Positions 17,759 through 20,000 of a stretch of DNA of 20,000 bases are shown here, piece after piece. Within the stretch, counting starts at the first letter, position 1. Every line of letters begins with the position of its first letter. The notes under the pieces are model-generated. The model was not told where the DNA came from and searched no databases. It worked only from the letters and a program-made list of their open reading frames with translations. The DNA is from an uncultured virus (IMG/VR IMGVR_UViG_2061766007_000800) (Duplodnaviria > Heunggongvirae > Uroviricota > Caudoviricetes), in the IMG/VR virus record IMGVR_UViG_2061766007_000800; one strand, written 5' to 3'. A program made the translations under genes and the position numbers.

Positions 17759-17943
17759 TGAAAGTAACTACGAATAAAAATAAAGAAATCGTTGATTTAA
17801 TTAGAAAGAAATTAAGAGACAATGATGGTTATTGTCCTTGTGCAATAGAAAAAACTGAAGATACAAAATGTATGTGTAAGCAATTTAGAGAACAAGGTAT
17901 AGGTTATTGTCATTGTGGTCTTTATTATAAGGAGGAAATATAA
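17758..17943 (+). CDS. Minimal ferredoxin:thioredoxin reductase catalytic-subunit-like protein (FeThRed_B)
   Basis: GYCPC ... CMC ... CHCGLY: the six-Cys plus His pattern of the FTR catalytic chain; TAATG overlap with nrdG. Confidence 0.85.
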   Translation: MKVTTNKNKEIVDLIRKKLRDNDGYCPCAIEKTEDTKCMCKQFREQGIGYCHCGLYYKEEI

Positions 17944-18368
17944 TGGACGGAGACACGCAAGAAAAGGTTGAAACTATAGAGCCTAATGTAGAAGAAGTAA
18001 ATATGTATGATTTTAATAAAGCAAATATGGCTCAAATAGAACCTCTTGATATAATCGCCCTTAAAAGATTATGTATCGAAGCGATGGGAGAAATCGCTAT
18101 TGGAAGTTATTGGATGTTACTCAACAGAGAACTTCATGATTACACTTTATTTGTTAACAATGGAGAATTGGGTGAAATAAGTCGCGGAGAGGCGCTCTTC
18201 ACCACTTTAATAAATAGAGGTAAGGTAACTGATTTTACAAAACAACCTAATGGTGCTTGGGAAATTTGGTTAAGAATTCCTGTTGTAAACACACAAGAGA
18301 ATAAAGAGTCAACTATTGATGTAGTTTATTACTTTTTCAATTATGACGCTGGTATTGTGGAGGTATAA
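17943..18368 (+). CDS. Hypothetical protein
   Basis: AAGGAGG SD, TAATG overlap with the preceding gene. Confidence 0.75.
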   Translation: MDGDTQEKVETIEPNVEEVNMYDFNKANMAQIEPLDIIALKRLCIEAMGEIAIGSYWMLLNRELHDYTLFVNNGELGEISRGEALFTTLINRGKVTDFTKQPNGAWEIWLRIPVVNTQENKESTIDVVYYFFNYDAGIVEV

Positions 18369-18369
18369 T

Positions 18370-18624
18370 ATGGAACTTGTTGTTGGTATAGCACCATTTT
18401 CACCTTATCAAATAATTTATGTTGTTAATGGAAGTGATATTGTAGATAGAAAGATGATGTCTATCTCACAGTTAGCTCCTATGACAAAGGCTTTAGTAGA
18501 GCAATATAATGTACAAAAGATTTCTATTAGCGGAAATGATAATTATATGGAAAAGTTTATTAGTAACTTAAAGACAGAATATTCCATTACTTGTCCAATA
18601 GAGATAATGGAAAAAGAAAACTAA
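18370..18624 (+). CDS. Hypothetical protein
   Basis: GGAGGT SD; start moved to ATG 18370. Confidence 0.7.
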   Translation: MELVVGIAPFSPYQIIYVVNGSDIVDRKMMSISQLAPMTKALVEQYNVQKISISGNDNYMEKFISNLKTEYSITCPIEIMEKEN

Positions 18625-18637
18625 GGAGATAAAAGGA

Positions 18638-18922
18638 ATGAAGTATTTATTAAATGTTGTTGAAACATATCGTGTATCTGATGAGAATGAAGCTAAGGCT
18701 CTTATTGAGTCTGCAAAGAAAGATAGAAACTACTCTTTAACAAAGTATGTTTCACAGACAAAAGTAAAGAAAGTTAAGGGTGAGATTGAAGATGAATGGG
18801 TTAGAGTTACTTTAACTAAAGAGTTTACAGAAGAAAAAGAGCCTGAGTGTCTTGCATCTGTATCTTATAATGTTGGCGGAATCTTCCCTGAAGCTAATAC
18901 TGATGAAGAAGGAGAAGAATAA
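18638..18922 (+). CDS. Hypothetical protein with acidic C-terminal tail
   Basis: AAGGAG/AAGGA SD; ends TDEEGEE; TAATG overlap with dut. Confidence 0.75.
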   Translation: MKYLLNVVETYRVSDENEAKALIESAKKDRNYSLTKYVSQTKVKKVKGEIEDEWVRVTLTKEFTEEKEPECLASVSYNVGGIFPEANTDEEGEE

Positions 18923-19362
18923 TGGGTAACTGTATTAAATATAAGAAATTAAAAGATGCGGCCATCGAACCTACACGTGGCTCAGAGTATGCAGCCGGAT
19001 ATGACTTGTATGCTTGTATTGATGAGAACATAACGATTCTTCCGCATACAACTGAAAAAATAGGTACTGGTCTTGCTATTGAATTACCTATTGGTTCTTT
19101 TGGTGCTATTTTTGCAAGAAGTGGTATTGCTACAAAACAGGGGTTAAGACCTGCTAACTGTGTTGGAGTTTGTGACTCTGATTATCGTGGAGAGTATATT
19201 GTAGCTATCCATAATGATACAGCAATTCCACAGGTTATTACACCTAATGAAAGAATTGCTCAGTTAGTTGTTATGCCTTTCTTTGCTTTTGACTTTGAAG
19301 AAGTTGACGAATTGTCTGATACAAAGAGAAAAGATGGAGGGTTTGGCTCTACTGGGGCGTAA
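18922..19362 (+). CDS. dut: Trimeric dUTP diphosphatase
   Basis: All five motifs: AGYDL, RSG, GVCDSDYRGE, RIAQL, RKDGGFGSTG. Confidence 0.96.
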   Translation: MGNCIKYKKLKDAAIEPTRGSEYAAGYDLYACIDENITILPHTTEKIGTGLAIELPIGSFGAIFARSGIATKQGLRPANCVGVCDSDYRGEYIVAIHNDTAIPQVITPNERIAQLVVMPFFAFDFEEVDELSDTKRKDGGFGSTGA

Positions 19363-19415
19363 ACACTCGTCTGCACGAAAACCAATTTTGGTCTTGCAGA
19401 ATTTTTGAACCGATT

Positions 19416-19452
19416 TTTGGGATATAGATTTGCTATATCCCAAATTTTTTTT
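19416..19452 (+). terminator. Rho-independent terminator
   Basis: TTTGGGATATAG - ATTTG - CTATATCCCAAA perfect 12-bp stem followed by 8 T. Confidence 0.88.
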
Positions 19453-19463
19453 GCCTAAATCTG

Positions 19464-19492
19464 TTGACAAAAGCGAAAAATTTTGTTATAAT
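19464..19492 (+). promoter_or_regulatory. Consensus SigA promoter with extended -10
   Basis: TTGACA (19464-19469), 17-nt spacer, TGtTATAAT (19484-19492). Confidence 0.9.
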
Positions 19493-19519
19493 AGGCTTAA
19501 CAAAGGAGGAATATTTGCA

Positions 19520-20000
19520 ATGAAAATAATGTCAATAGATGCAAGTACCAAATCAACAGGTGTAGCTATATTTGAAGATGGGAAATTAATAGATTATCAG
19601 AATTTTGTAGAAGGCGGGGCGGACACCCTTCGCCGCATTAAGAATATGGCTCAAAAAATAGAAGATTATTATTTACAATATAAACCTAATGTAGTTATAA
19701 TGGAAGATGTGTTACCTAGTGATGTAGGTAATAATCAGAAAACTTTTAAACCTTTAATTTATTTACAAAGTGAAGTTGTAATGAAATTACATGAACATAA
19801 ACAAATAGTTGAGTTTATGAATGTTAATACTTGGAGAAGTATAATCGGTATTCCTGTTGGTAGATATGCTAAAAGAGAATTGGTTAAGCAGAAAAGTATT
19901 GAATTTATTAAAAAGAAATATGGTATAGATGCCAATGATGATGTCTGCGATGGTATTTGTATAGGTTATGCATATCAAAATGGAAAGATAAATGAAGATG
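19520..20000 (+). CDS. ruvC: RuvC-like Holliday junction resolvase (absent from the ORF track; runs off the window)
   Basis: Manual translation: MKIMSIDASTKSTGVAIFE...VVIMEDV...VNTWRSIIG...KRELVKQKS...NDDVCDGICIG (RNase H fold acidic catalytic residues); AAGGAGG SD. Confidence 0.88.
   Translation, partial: MKIMSIDASTKSTGVAIFEDGKLIDYQNFVEGGADTLRRIKNMAQKIEDYYLQYKPNVVIMEDVLPSDVGNNQKTFKPLIYLQSEVVMKLHEHKQIVEFMNVNTWRSIIGIPVGRYAKRELVKQKSIEFIKKKYGIDANDDVCDGICIGYAYQNGKINED

Noticed and set aside
1613..19978. Minus-strand and nested alternative-frame ORFs in the track
   Set aside because: They overlap well-supported plus-strand genes, have no recognisable motifs and look like shadow ORFs.
1..20000. 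CRISPR arrays, tRNA/rRNA genes, transposases, integrase
   Set aside because: Intergenic spaces are short and show no regularly spaced repeats, cloverleafs or mobile-element genes.

Overview
AT-rich, densely coded, all plus-strand DNA replication and nucleotide-metabolism region of a large Firmicutes-type tailed phage (or prophage), read in the standard code 11. The core gene order matches the Bacillus SPbeta yorH-yorL arrangement: Zn-finger protein, DnaB-like helicase, primase, RecJ-like DHH exonuclease, then a DnaE-type C-family polymerase. A RecD/Dda-like SF1B helicase and clusters of small, often Cys-rich accessory ORFs are interspersed. Downstream lie DUF3310, a tightly coupled NrdH/glutaredoxin - class III NrdD - NrdG - mini ferredoxin:thioredoxin-reductase cassette, dUTPase, a terminator and a RuvC-like resolvase that runs off the window. 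The most interesting signal is the four-gene cassette, which looks like a self-contained ferredoxin/redoxin-driven (not formate-driven) anaerobic ribonucleotide reductase. Other signals: an apparently leaderless primase mRNA, a stand-alone tape-measure-like fragment, a repeated gene-start junction in the accessory cluster, and a perfect hairpin with the dnaE stop codon in its loop. A 160-N gap (7476-7635) artificially fuses two genes in the ORF track. All family assignments come from motif recognition by eye, with no database search.
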